Source: Chiloscyllium plagiosum
Taxonomy: Eukaryota
Direction: 5' to 3'
Assembly: GCF_004010195.1 (NCBI RefSeq)
Contig: NC_057742.1
Location: forward strand, 31,456,479 to 31,520,478
DNA: 64,000 bases
The notes beneath the pieces were generated by a model, which worked only from the letters and a program-made list of their open reading frames with translations, was not told where the DNA came from and did no database searches. Positions within the stretch are counted from its first letter, which is position 1; each line of letters opens with the position of its first letter. Positions 36,506 through 49,911 of the stretch are shown here, piece after piece. The translations under genes and the position numbers were made by a program.

Positions 36506-38454
36506 CTAAAATCAAATAAATACGTGAAACAGAATGATTCTCCTTAATCTCTCTTCGGCACTATACTGATGAGTTATGGTTTGCATTTAAAAAGATTTAC
36601 ACCACACTAGAGCTGTATGAACTTACAATATGGCAACTGTGTTCAGGATCTTATTCAGAGTGGCACACACCAATATACAAGCCAAAAAAAAGCCCAAAGT
36701 ACAAAGACTAAAAGATAAACACTTGTTTTCAATACAGCCAACAATTGATGAATGGATGCAAGAGTTGCATTCTGTAATTTTTTAAAAAGTCACACACATT
36801 GTGATGATATGCATTTTTTAAAACAGCTTTTCATCTTTTAAAGATTAAGGCACGTAAAGATCTTACTTTATTATTGATTATGGACTGACGTGGGAGAAGG
36901 ACTGTTTAAAAACAGTGGATTGTGGAAGGAATCGCTACACTTTTAAAATATGTAGCTGAAACTGTGGAACATTTATACTGTTATTCTGTTGAAGCAGTCA
37001 GGAAATTGTAAGATTTAGCAAGCAACAAGCAGCTAATTAGTTTGTGATACTGTGACAAGTTATGGATGCCAAAGGTCATCAGTTTAATGATGATTCTGAA
37101 CGGTTCCCTGGTAGCAAAACACCTTGTGGGCATGAAAGGTACAGTAAAAAGCCTCTGGAAAGGCAGATTATGCCCCTCCCTTTCTGCACACTAGATATTT
37201 TACTCCAACAGTTGCTGTAAGCTATTGCCTTTAACCGGTAACTAAAAGACTTTGCAGTTAGTGTACCAATCATCCTTTGCCTCCTGCAATGTGGTGAAGG
37301 AATCGAGAGAAAAGAGACTGAAGACTGGCAACTCAAAAGAATCGTCTTCTAGTGGCCAGGCAGTAATGAACTGAGGTTCCCAATTTTTTTCTTCCACCCA
37401 GAAAACCCATGTTATTTTGAGTGTCTGTGTGAGGAAGTAAGAGTATTAGGAGGTTAGAGCTTTAACTACTCGAGACACGTCTTCTTAACTGAACTCGCCC
37501 ATCCTTGTAACCATTCTAGTAAACCTATTCGGCACTCTCTTCTTCAGATGAAATTCAAGCAGAGAAATACCGTTTAATAGCTTTATACTGTCAACCCTCA
37601 AGAGTTTATATTGTTTTCAAATTTCTTTCTACCAACAAACCAGGCTTACAATCAGAACTAGGAACTTACTAAAAACAGGAAGGAGTGTAGAAGTACAAAT
37701 GCTGCTGAGATTAATTTAATTAGAATATTTCTAAAATTAGATTAATAAGTTTATATTAGATAACATATCATGTACAACAGGATTCGGTTAAGTTTAGTTA
37801 TAACACAGATCAGTTACAATCTAATTAATTACTGGAAGAGGTTAAAGAGGTTGCATGGCCTTCTCCAGTTCCTATACCTAGTTAATTCACTGATGATAAT
37901 ATTATCTCTTTATGAGAATTAACTGAATCAGGAATTACCACTTTATTGAATGCTGATCCAAGTAAGTTTGCACACTGCAGAAGGAACAAAACTTCAGCCC
38001 AAACATTCCTGCATCTCTCGATGAATGGCAGCCACCATTATTTAGAATGCCCTTTGCCCATTTCATATTCATGGGATTTCCTGGCAGAATACTGGAAATG
38101 ATTGAAGAAAAAAGGTGGGGCCCTCTGCAGAACATCTGAGACATAAGCATTCAGGAAAAGCAAACCTAATTCCTTAACCAGATTTAACAATGAAATGCTG
38201 TTCACTTCAGCTGTGAAGTGATGAAGGAATGTGGTTTCAAACTTGTTAAATTTTCAGTGCCAGAGAACAGGTGGCAATTACGTTTAGAATGTAAGGTTCG
38301 CACAAGCAGTTGAAAGAGAACACATCCTAAATGAGATACAGCCAGAGTAACTGCATATTTCTGGAAATGTGGAGCTCAGTCAAAATTTTGTATAGAGAGG
38401 AACAGGTTTTGTTTTAGCTCTTTTTGTCCCCCTATGTTTTATAACTTGTAAGGA

Positions 38455-38728
38455 CTATTTTTAAGGTTAGAGGAGAGTGAGATTTAAAAAAAACAAGTGA
38501 GGGGCAATTTTTGTTTTCTTACACAGACAGTGGTTTGTATGTGGTAGGAACTTCCTCGGGAAGTCATGGATGTACAATTACAAGGTTTAAAAGACATTTG
38601 GAGAAGTACATGAATATAAATGGCTTGGAGGGATATGGGCCAAGAGCAGGCACTTGGGACTACTTTAAGATTATGTTCGGCATAGGCTGGTCGGACCAAA
38701 GGGTCTGTTTCCATGCTGTATGACTCCG
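38455..38728 (+). mobile_element. CR1-clade LINE 3' end
   Basis: tttaaggttagaggagag...gggtctgtttccatgctgtatgactc. Confidence 0.8.
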
Positions 38729-38849
38729 TAACTATATTTTATAGTAACAAGGATCAGGGAATAAGGGCCCCAGTGTAATTGATACCATTTGATAGTAAGC
38801 ATTTTCCAAAAAGTTTAAATTCAAGTAGTACAACATAACAGGAGGGTTC

Positions 38850-39005
38850 AAAGTCAGGGTGTGTCCTTCCTGTTCTGTGAGAGAAGCTGGGAACATTGCC
38901 AGTGCTGGGGCAGGGTGCATGCATCCGGGAAGCCTGGGTTTTGGAGCCAGAGTGGCAGCTGCCGACACTGTGGAGAATCCATGAAGCAGACAGTATCATG
39001 GATAG
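38850..39005 (+). mobile_element. CR1-type ORF1 remnant
   Basis: VCPSCSVRE...VLEPEWQLPTLWRIHEADSIMDR resembles the zinc-finger/leucine-zipper N-terminus of CR1 ORF1 (recognised from memory). Confidence 0.5.
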
Positions 39006-39839
39006 AGGGCAGCCACAGCATTCAATGTACAGATTGTATCTATTTTAACCAGTACTCTGATCAAGCAACCACAACATTTCCTGTTTTCACTATGTGTGAA
39101 ACTCAAAAACAGATTAAAATACATTGACAAACCACACTGCAAGTCACTCAAAAAGAGAGAAAAGCAAAGTGGTCAACCTGTGCTCTACAAGTGTGCTAAC
39201 CCTATATCTAAACAGTCAAATAGTGGCCACCATTATAGGTTCAGAGGTGCAGATGGATCCTGCAAGTCAGCATCTTCAGAATTGGAGAATAAGAAAAGTA
39301 ATGTTTCCAAACTCCAGTGCTGACTTACATACAACTTCCCATGACCCGGAAAAAATGTCTGGTGTGGCAAACATCTGTTCCAGAGGCTAAAGGATTGCAG
39401 ATTAAATAAATTGCACACAAAAGTTAGCCTCACCATTACCTTTGCCAAGCAAAATGTGAAGCACTACTTTTAATATTTGAGATATCAGGCTTGTCTCAGA
39501 TAGGCGCTGTTTCAGGTTTATTAGATCTTGCAGACTTGAGATTCAGGAAATGCAAGGCAGCTTTATATCTGCTAATACTTCATTTAGACTACGTGATAAA
39601 ATCTGATTTGGAAATTTTCAAATATAGGGGCTTTCTTTCAGAGAATTTCACTTCTTATTTTAAAGGTGGAAGGAACTGAGAGAGGTCCAACACACTGGTA
39701 TCACAGGTTAAACTTCAGAAACTATCGGAATGAGGTTCTAAATATTCAATACTTAATTTTAAACAAGTAGTAAGTTAAGGACTATGCAGCTAGTTTCATG
39801 ATATCTACATCTATCAATATTAAATACTCATTCAAAAGG

Positions 39840-42053
39840 AGGTAGTGAGAAAAAAAGATCAGTCTGAGACTTGTGCAGTTGGGAGAAGGAGCAAATCGAA
39901 CAGTCAAGGCAGGCAGCAACAAAGCAGAGAATGAGGTAGAACTTAAATGCAAGAGGCCTAACAGTTAAGGCAGATAAACTCAGGCATGATTGGGAACATG
40001 GCATTGGGATATCATAGCGATTACAGAAACGTGGTTCACTGATGCACAGGGCTGGCACCTTAACGTTCTAGAGTACAGTTGCTATAGAAAGGAGAGAGGA
40101 GAGGGAGTGGTGTTTTTGAATAGGGATAACATTACAGTTGTACTGAGGGAGGACATTCCTGGGAGTATGTCCAGGGATGTTATTTGGGTTGAACTGAGAA
40201 ATAAGAAAGGCATGGTCACCTTTTTGGGATTGTACTATAGACCTCAAATAGTCAGAGGTAAATTGAGAAGCAAATTTGTAAAGAGATCTCAAATATCTGC
40301 AAGAATAATAGGGTGGTAATGGTAGCGGATTTAATTTTCCAAACCTCAAACTGAGATTGCCATGTTTCGGGCTTCGATGGAGAGAAATTTATTAAGTTTG
40401 TACAAGAAAATTGTTTGATTCAATAGGTGGCTGTACCTACTAGAGAAGGTGCAAAACTGACCTACTCTTGGGAAATAAGGCAGGGCAGGTGACTGAGGTG
40501 TCAGTAGGGGTGCACTTCATGGCCAGTAATCATAATTCCATTAGTTTCAAAACAGTGACAAAAACGAATAGACTGGTTCTAATAGTTAATGTTCGAAACA
40601 CAAGAAAGGCAGTATTAGGTAGATATTTTGACAGTATTAGGTAGATATTCACAGGTAAAGGGACGGCTGGAAAGAAAGGGAAGAAATCAAAAATGAGATA
40701 ATGGGAGTCCAAAGACAATAGGCTCCTGTTAGGATGAAAGGAAAGGCTGATAGGTTTAGGAAATGTTGGATGACTAGAGAAATTGAGATTTTGGTCAAGG
40801 AAATGAATGAATCAACTGAATCCCTAGAACAGTATATTAGGAGGGCAAAATGGGAACACAAAATAGCTTTGGCAAATAGGGTTAAGGAGAATCCAAAGGG
40901 ATTAAGGACAAAAGCCTTACCAGGGAGAGCATAGGGCTCCTTAAAGATCAGCAAGGCCGTCTATACATGAAACCGTAGGAGATTGGAGGGGGGTGGGGGA
41001 AGATACAAAACGAGTATCGTGCATCAGTGTTTACCATGGAAAAGGACATGGAAGATACAGAACTTGGGGAAATAAATAGCGACATCTTGAAAAATGTCCA
41101 TATTACACAGGTGGTACTGTCTTAAAATGCATAAATCCCTAGGAACTGATCAGGTGTACCCTAGAACTTTGTGGGAAGCTAGGGAAGTGATTGCTCAGCC
41201 CCTTGCTGACATATTTGTATCATCAATACCTACACGTGAGGTTCCGGAAGACTGGAGGTTAGCTAACATGGCGCCACTATTTAAGAAACATGATAAGGAA
41301 AAACCAGGCAACGAAAGACCAGTGAGCCTGACATCAGTGGGGGCAGGTTGTTGGAGGTGATGCTGAGGGACAGGATTTACAAGTATTTGGAAAGGCAAGG
41401 ACTGATTATGGTACAGTGGACATGAATTATCCATGGGAAATCACATCTCACCCTACCTCAAGTTTTTTGAAGAAGTAATAAAGAGGATTGATGAAGGCAG
41501 AGTGGTGGGCTTCTGTAAGACGTACAAGAAGGTTCTGCATGGTAGACTGGTTAGCAAGGTTAGATCACATAGAATTTAGGGAGAACTAGCCATTTTGATA
41601 CAAAACTGGCTCAAAGATAGGACACAAATGGTAGTGGTGGTGTATTGTTTTTCAGGCTAAATAGGCTGGGACTAATTTTCCTTGGAGTGTCAGAGGCTGA
41701 GGACTGACCTTATAGAGTTAATAAAATTGTGAGGGACATTGATAGGGTGAAAAGCCAAGGTCTTGTCCCCAATGCAAAGCAGTTCAAAACTAGAGGGCAT
41801 AGATTTAAGGTGAGAGGGGAAAGATTTAAAAGGGACCTGAGGGGCAGTCTTTTCAAGCAGAGGGTAGTGCTTGTATGGAATGAGTTACTCGAAGTGAAGG
41901 CTGGTACGATTACAACATTTAAAATACATTTGAATGGATATATGAATAGGAAAGGTTTACAGGGGCATGGTCCAAATGCTGGCATATAGGATATCTGGTC
42001 AGCATGGACGAGTTGGAGGAAAGGGTCTGTTTCCATTCTATATAGCTCTATGA
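39840..42053 (+). mobile_element. CR1-clade LINE with endonuclease and RT remnants, internally deleted
   Basis: WDIIAITETW, GLYYRP, VPEDWRLAN...RPVSLTSVG and KTRGHRFKV motifs, plus a 3' tail. Confidence 0.88.
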
Positions 42054-42360
42054 CGCTAAAAAGACTTGTTCGTTTGCTGACAAGCTCTTGGCAAATTTCA
42101 AGCAAATCTGGTGGGATCTTATCTTGAAGCAAAGGAGGCAAGTCATACTGAGTTGATATCTAGCCTCCCTAGAGACAGCATGTGTAGGCTTCCTAACAGG
42201 GATTCAGTGTCCCTACTGATCCTGAAACGTAGATGTGCTGTAACTAACCTTTACCAAATCTTTCCAGAAAGAATGCAAGAGATTTATCCCTGTATCCATG
42301 AATTATCAACATAGTTCATTTGGTTTTATCCTCCAAATCTCAATTGTTTCATACAATTTG

Positions 42361-42705
42361 TGGCATGGTGGCTCAGTGGTTAGCACTACTGCTTCACAGT
42401 GCCAGGGATCCGGGTTCGATTCCAGCATCAGCCAACCGTCTGTGTGGAGTCTGCACATTGTCCCCATGTCTGCATGGGTTTCCTCCTGATGCTCCGGTTT
42501 CCTCCCACAATCCAAACGTGTGCAAATTAAATGAATTGGCCATGCTAAGTTGCCATTGTGGTCAGGGATGCGTAGGTTAGGTACATTAGTCAGGAGTAAA
42601 CGTAGAGCAACAGGGTAGGGGAATAGGTCTGGGTGAAGTACTCTTCGGAGAGTCAATATGGACTTGTTGGACCTAATGGCCTGTTTCCACACTGTAAGGA
42701 TTCTC
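42361..42705 (+). mobile_element. HE1/V-SINE-type SINE
   Basis: tggcatggtggctcagtggttagcact...gggttcgattcc...cctgtttccacactgtaagg. Confidence 0.9.
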
Positions 42706-43214
42706 TGATTCGATGAATTTGTGTTCTAGCTCGGTGAGGCCAGACAGCTGGCTTGGACTCCAAGTGATGCCAACAGCATGGGTTCAATTCTTACACTGAC
42801 TGAGGTTACCACAATACTTCCCTTTTTTAACCTCGCCACTCACCTGAGATGTCGTAATCCTTTGGTTTAACTACAATCAACAGACTCACTCTCTCTCTCA
42901 CTAATGCGAGAGCAGCCCTAAGGTACTCTATGACAATGATGATTTTGTACGTCATGAGACATAACCCGTTATTACTTGGTAAGGAAGTGACCAGCAGCAT
43001 CCAGAACCAGGGAAGGTGAAGTGTTTAGACAAAAAAGGCAAAGAGCTGATAAAATGGCAGAAATCAGAGAATGGATTGAAGTGTTAAAGCAAGAATGTGT
43101 GAGGATGACAAAGTAACAGAATGCAAGAACCAATCTTGCAAGTAACAGACTATTACTCTTTAAGGTGGCTTTTCATGGACTTCATCGTTGTTGAGTCAGA
43201 CCCAAAATATAATT

Positions 43215-44020
43215 TTTATTTTTAATTAACTTGTGGGACATGCATTTTCCTAGGCCAGCCAGTATTTATTGCCTATCCCAAGTTGTCCTTGAAAAGATGA
43301 GCTGCCTTCTTGAATCACTGCAATCAACATGCTGTAGAGGTTGCCCGCAATGCTCTTAGGAGGAAATTCCAGGATTTTGACCCGCCAGTGAAGGGAATTG
43401 CGATGTATTTCCAAGTCAAAATGGTAAATGGCTTGGAAGGGAACTTGCAGGTAGTCAGGTTCCCATGTATCTGCTTGCCCTTGTGTGTCTAGGTGGATCT
43501 AGCCTTGGATTTGGAAGGATTGTTGGTGCAGTTCTGCAGTGCTTCTTCTAGGTATTAAACAATGCTGCTGCTGAGTTTTGATGGTGGAGTGGATGCAGTG
43601 CCAATTAAGCAGGCTGCTTTGTCCCGGGTGGTGTTGAGCTTCTTGATTGTTGTTGGATTTGCACCCATCCAGACAAGTGGTGAGTATTCCATCACACTCC
43701 TGAATTGTGCCTTGCAGATGGTGGACAGACTTTGGAAAGGTGGTGAGCTATGTGCTGCTCTTGTGGCAACTCCAACTGAATGTTGGTCAATGGTAACCCC
43801 CCCCCCCTTCAGAACGTTGATAGTGGGAGATTCAGTGATGGTAACACCAATGAATGTCAGAGGGCAGTAATTAGATTATCTTTTACTGGAGCTGGTTATT
43901 GTCTGGTATTTTTATGGTTCATATAGGGCTTGTCACCCCCAAGCCTAAATACAGTTCCAATCTTGGTACATTTGAACATGGACTGCCTCAGCATCAAATG
44001 GTGCAGAATATTATGTAGTT
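43215..44020 (-). mobile_element. L2/CR1-group LINE 3' fragment (related pieces at about 45590-46170)
   Basis: Reverse complement resembles 28740-29160 and 31245-31530. Confidence 0.55.
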
Positions 44021-44910
44021 ACTGGCAAGCAATATAAATGAAACACACCTTGAAACACATCAGAAAATGTAACTAAGTAGCATTGTCAACAAATTCTTTA
44101 TTGTGCTCAAGAAAGAATAAACTTCAACACAAAGTGCAGACAGTGACAATGAAAACAGAGTGGAAATGGAGATTTGATCTTGATTTTGAGTGACACTCAA
44201 TACTTAAATTAGCAAACTCGAAGTAGTAAAAATTGCAAATTTAATTAAACTAGTCAGGTCAAGTAAAGCCAATTTTATTATTGGAAAATATTTTCTGTCA
44301 CAATCTGATAGTACAATTATATCAATTAAGGTATATTTGTTTCATATTTGTGGTGCAAAAGTGATAATTAAAATAATTGTGTGGAGGAAGATAATTAAGT
44401 TGAGTAAAATCTATTGGAAACAAGGAGCACTTTAAATAAATCACTTCATAGAAAAGTTTCACAGTCTGATTTTCACTTTTAATACCCATTTTGTTCAGTC
44501 CATATACCTCATACGGTGAATAACTGAGCTTAATACTTCATTAATTATTTTTCTTCCTTATTTTTAAACTTTCATCTATTTATTTCCCATATGCAGGGGG
44601 GATACGTTTGACCTACAGTCTTAACTTGAGTTTGCTGGCTGACCAAATGATAGTAGACAAGACATGGTCACTCGTATATGACATGTAATAATACTATATC
44701 TTTTCATTTGAACAAAGGCTGCACACTTCAGCTCTGAAGAGTTACAGCTATTTTCTGGAAAGCCCCTCATTATTGTGAATGTGTTACAGGAGCTGCCCAA
44801 ATCATAACAACATATCAATATGAAGCCTAACAGATAATATAAGAATTATTTGCTCCCTGTACATTAAATTTCCATTTTCTCTAGCATTCTCAAACAGTTA
44901 CCTAAATGAG

Positions 44911-45131
44911 CTGAAAAATGTGTTGCTGGAAAAGCGCAGCATGTCAGGCAGCATCCAAGAAGGAGAATCGATGTTTCAGGCATAAGCCCTTCATCAGGAA
45001 ATGCTTCAGGAAGGGCTTATGCCCGAAACGTCGATTCTCCTACTCCTTGGATGCTGCCTGACCTGCTGCGCTTTTCCAGCAACACATTTTTCAGCTCTGA
45101 CCTCCAGCATCTGCAGTCCTCACTTTCTCCT
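44911..45131. mobile_element. Penelope-derived fold-back element with opposed hammerhead-like cores
   Basis: Roughly 90-bp inverted arms, with a perfect 15-bp TSD AGTTACCTAAATGAG at 44896-44910 and 45132-45146. Confidence 0.9.
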
Positions 45132-47559
45132 AGTTACCTAAATGAGTCAATTTTCAAGCTACTCAATCTCCTCGGCATATTATTGTACCATGAGTTAATA
45201 GTACAAGCAGAACAAAAGTTACTGTTCTTAGTTTTACTCAGACAGTGCACAAGTAGGAGTCAAATTCATAAACATTCCTATCTCTCAGGCACATTGCAGG
45301 AGAAAACTAAGGTTCTTTGAAACAGGGTTAAATATCTAGAATATTCTCCTTAATAACACTGAGTCTTCTGCACCACAAAGACCACAGTTCTTTCAAGGCA
45401 GGGCCTTGCCATCACCTTCTCAAAAGCAATTAAGCATTGACAACAAATGTTGTCTTTCCTAACTATTTCCACACCCATGCACAAATGAAACAAACATCAT
45501 ATTTTCTCAAATTGAGCTCTCTGGTTGCCCTGAAGGAACACCATGTGAAGGGAGTTGCTTATGGAATTTTTCACCTTACTGACCTTAATATTCATTCAGG
45601 GGATGTGGGCATCACTGGTTGTGCCAGCATTTATTGTCCATCCCCGGCTGCTCCTTTGTACTAAGTATGACTCCAACCAATGGAGAGCTTTACCCCTCAA
45701 TGCTAGAGCTCCTTAATACCATAATCTGTCCAACGTGGCCTTGATGTCAACTGCAGTCACTCCTACCTCCCTCTGGAATTCAGCTTCTTTGTCAAAGGCT
45801 GAAACAAGGTTGTAATTAAGTGAGGTGCAGAATGGCCCTGGCAGAATACAAAACTGAGCATCGGTGAACAGGTTATTGCTAAGCAAGTGCTATTTGATGA
45901 CACTTTCCATCACTACAGTGTTGATTGAAAATAAATTAGGAGGAAGACGGTCAATAATACTACCCTGCCAGGGGAACAAGTCATTTCCAGGATGTTGGTC
46001 AGCAAGGTGTAATTCCATGCATATGACTATATCAGGCTGTGGTTGACTAGTCTGTGAGACAGCTGCCCCAATACTGGCTCTAATCACCAGATATTGCTAA
46101 GGAGGATTTTGCAAGATTAAAAGGGCTGCATTTGACATTGTTGACTCCAGTGCTGAAGTCAATGCCAGGTCATACTCTGAGATTCATTCCTTTTTAATGC
46201 CTAAACATGTTATGATTATTCTACTTTCTTCAGCAGTGAATCATTAACAATAGGAGGAAAGCATCGGTAACTGCAGTTTCTTTGTTGTTAACTTTACCCA
46301 AGAAGTTCTTCACTCAATGACAACATTTTTGTTTCAAGAGTCATTCTAAGCTTCAATGATTTCTATTTTGTTGACTATCCCTAATTTGCCCAGAGGGCAG
46401 TTAAGAGTCAAACACATTGATGAGTATTTGGAGTTACACATAGGCCCCACCAAGAAAAGATGGTGGTTTCCCTCCCTAAAGCACATTAATGAACCAAATG
46501 GGGTTTTCACGACAATTAACAGTGGATACATGGTCATCATTAGATTCTTAGTCCCAGATTTTTATTGAAATCAAATTGTGCCATTTGTCATGGGAGGATT
46601 TGAACCAGGTCCCCAGAACATTATTATGGGTCCCTGGATTAACATGAGACCATCGCCTCCCCAATACTTAAGTAAAGCTTTACAAATAAAATTCTGCTCA
46701 GTTAGCAGTGGCAGGGAGTGAGGTGGTTTTCCAGAAACAGTGCCTCTGAGACTGCACATTATTAACTATATTGTTAATAACATTCTTGATTCTCAAAGCT
46801 GAAGATCAAATCCAGGTTTTCTTCGGTCAATAAAAGACGCCATTTGCTATTGTACACAAGCTTGATCACTAAATCAGTTGCAGCATAGGTAAGTTATATT
46901 AAACCCAAATGGGTCTGTCCTTTTCCTACACTCAAAAGCTATCAAAAGATTGTCCTCCACACAATCAAACTGAGCCAACATGTTTATAGCAATTATTCAA
47001 TTATGTATGTTTTACTTCTAGCAGAATAGGGTTGTTTCATTGAAGTCAAGTTTCACTATTTCTAAAAATCTACAAAATGGTAGGTTTAAAAACAAATAGG
47101 CCTTTCTTCAATTTGCAGGATGTAGAGCGACTTCCGCCAAATTCCCCAAACTCAGAGATTTACCATCTGTTACTGATAACCAAATAAAAAGCCGCCTGGA
47201 GATGATGATTAGAAGAACATATTTTACATGGGTGTTGACTGCTCCATTCCCTTTAGTGACCAAATAGATTATTTATCTATTTTTGAAGGAAATATGGAAT
47301 GCGAAGGCAAAAAGCTGCAGTTAAAAACTAGTTGATGTCTAATTTCTTTGGGAGAATCAGATAATTCAAGATGAGGGAATCTCAACAGACAGCCAATACT
47401 GAAATTTTTATCAGAAAAAATGGCAAAATACAAACAAGATACCACAGTACCAAGACTTTAGGGGAGATTAAAGAGTAAGGGAAGAGGCAAATTCCTAACA
47501 ATTGAAGGAGTTGTGGTTATTAAAAATTTAAAATGAGTATTACTTCACAGGAGTGGCAT

Positions 47560-48392
47560 AGTTGATAATACAAAGGGATCTTAATCAATTGGGCCAATGG
47601 GCTGGGGTGTGGCAGATAGCATTTAATTTGGATGAATGCAAGTTATGCATTTTGGTAAAACAATCATGGCCAGGACTTAAACAATTAATGGTAGGGCCCA
47701 GAGAGACTGAGGGGTTCGGGTACATGATTCTTTTAAAGTTGCTTCAGAGGTAGCCAGAGGGGTTAAGGCGGTGTTTAGCATGTTGCCTTCATTGCTCATA
47801 CCACTGAGTATAGGAGTTGGGCCATCATTTTGAGGTTATACAGGACATTGGTGAGACCACGTTTGAAGTACTGTGCACAGTTCTGGTCACACTGCTATAG
47901 GAAGGATATTATTAAATTGGAGACTGTTCAGAAATGATTTAACAGGACGGTGCCAAGACTGGAGGGCTTGAATTATAAAGGAGGGGCTGGATAGGCTGGG
48001 ACTTTTTTCACTGGAGCATAGGACGTTGAGGGGTAGCCTTATGGAGATTTATAAAATAATGAGGGGCATAAAGTGAATAGCAAAGGTATTTTCCCTCAGG
48101 TAGGGAATTCAAAACTAGGGACATATTTTTAACCTGAGAGGAGAAAGACTTAAATGGGACCTGAGGGGCAATTTTCAGAGAGGATGGTTCATATTTAGAA
48201 TGAACTGCCAGAGGAAGGGGTAGATGCGGGTGCAGTTGCATCATTTAAAAGACATTTGGATAGGCACATGAATTGGAAAGGTTTAGAGGGTTATGGGCCA
48301 AATGCAGGCAAGTGGGACTAGTTTGCTTTAAGAAACTTGGTCGTCATGGACAAATTGGACTGAAAGGTCTGTTTCCATTCTGTATGACTCTG
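47560..48392 (+). mobile_element. CR1-clade LINE 3' portion
   Basis: QRDLNQLGQWA and LGLFSLE motifs, with a tctgtatgactc tail. Confidence 0.85.
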
Positions 48393-49030
48393 AGTCAATT
48401 GTTCTGCTTGCACTGAACAACAATCTTTTTCTCTCAAAAATACTCAAGTTACATTCCAAAACTCCCTAGATTCTGGAATAACCCTTTGGATTGGAAAACT
48501 GTATTATCACTATAATTTTTAAGATGCAGAACCTAAGCAATTACAGCACACCAGTTTAATAACATCTGTGTTAAGTCACTGGAACCCATAAAGGGGCAAG
48601 TGGCTGAGCAGTTGGACAAATGGAAGTTGACTGGAGTATTGATTTGTGAAGGGTAGATCTGATCTATCTGGACTAGATGAATTTGTTGATCTGAAACACA
48701 CTGGTGGACAACAGAATGCATATGGATGTTTTTATTGATTTTGAAAATGCTACACAAAATTAGCAAAAATAAAAACAAAGTGAACCGCAAGCAAATTGCA
48801 ATGTGAATTAATAATTAATGGTTTGTGAAGCAGAAGGAAGCGCAGGTTTAAAGGAAGCACACTTTGATCACCAGCATGTGCTAAATTGTTTCCTTTCTAC
48901 TCAGATTGACAGAAAACGTTCTGTGCAAAATCAAAGAAAACAAATCATAACATGAGTATTTCAGACGAATTCCAAGAAGAAAAAAAATGAAAGGATTACT
49001 ACCCAATAAGCGTAACTGGGCACAACCTAC

Positions 49031-49168
49031 CTGAGGGAGAGGGCAACAGGTATAACCACCATTTGGCTTCTTACAACAGGTTGTTCTGTATGGGCAGGTA
49101 GATCCATCTGGACAGACAGCGGAGGCCAGGCCAGTGGCCAGACACAGGAGGACAAACTGTTGGATCAT
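49031..49168 (-). CDS. grn: Progranulin first coding exon: signal peptide + paragranulin (N-half module)
   Basis: Encodes MIQQFVLLCLATGLASAVCPDGSTCPYRTTCCKKPNGGYTCCPLPQ (46 aa, 138 nt). Acceptor tttcgtttcag|ACCATG (exon starts at 49171), donor CAG|gtaggt. Hydrophobic leader followed by a C-C-CC-CC half module, with the same coding length as the first coding exon of human GRN. Confidence 0.96.
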
Positions 49169-49435
49169 GGTCTGAAACGAAAAACAGAAAACTTTATCAA
49201 TTTAATAGATAGTACGTAAGCAATGGCAAAAGGCATATGAATAAACAAAAGTCAGTCCCTCTATCTGACTGTGTAAACAAGATGACAGCATTAGACACAC
49301 AGCTTTCCCGGTGACCAGCACCCAGACCCTGCAACAAAATGCCCTTGTCTAATTTCAGTAAGCATCCTCACTTGATGCCCAGCTCACAGACTGAATGATG
49401 GCAGAGAGGTTTAGAGGCAAACCTCATCAATTCGA

Positions 49436-49606
49436 AGGGGGCGGAGGGAGAGAGTTGGGGTGCGGGGGGAGAGTGGGGCGGGCATTGGCAGGAGCAGGGG
49501 GAGAGAGATATGGGGGGATGGGAGAATGGGAGAGAGAGAGAGAGATGAGTGGGGCAAGATGCAAGCGAAGAGAGAGAGGGGAAGAGAGACAGAGGGAGAA
49601 AAGAGA
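49436..49606 (+). repeat. Purine-rich (GA/G) low-complexity tract
   Basis: Almost exclusively G/A, with several G-runs and (GA)n. Confidence 0.85.
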
Positions 49607-49911
49607 CTTTTAACCTCTCAGGTCTAGTCATTTTATTAGTATATCTGCCACCTGCGTCTCTTGCTAACCAGTGGAAGAAACTAGAGAATGACGATTAAAG
49701 CAATATGCCAGCCAGCGGAAGAATCAAAGTTCATCTCAACCACAGTACCTGGGAACAAAAATAATTAAACTGACTTTCCAGTTTTTTGTCTCTGTTGATA
49801 ACCTATTTACTTTATTTAACTGTGTATTTTAAAGGAATTTAGAAAAGTTTTACATAGCAGTATTATAAGCTGATGGCCTATAACTGTTTACATGTAACCA
49901 GAATCTAAATG

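Noticed and set aside
36800-37650. Possible solo LTR (TG...CA)
   Set aside because: No matching TSD was found and the boundaries cannot be supported by eye.
38754-39035. Minus-strand Cys-containing frames (CCGCPL..., HDTVCFMDSPQC) that looked like a degenerate granulin exon
   Set aside because: Cys spacing does not fit and there are no proper splice sites. The plus strand reads as a CR1 ORF1 remnant, and the grn exon chain is phase-complete without it.
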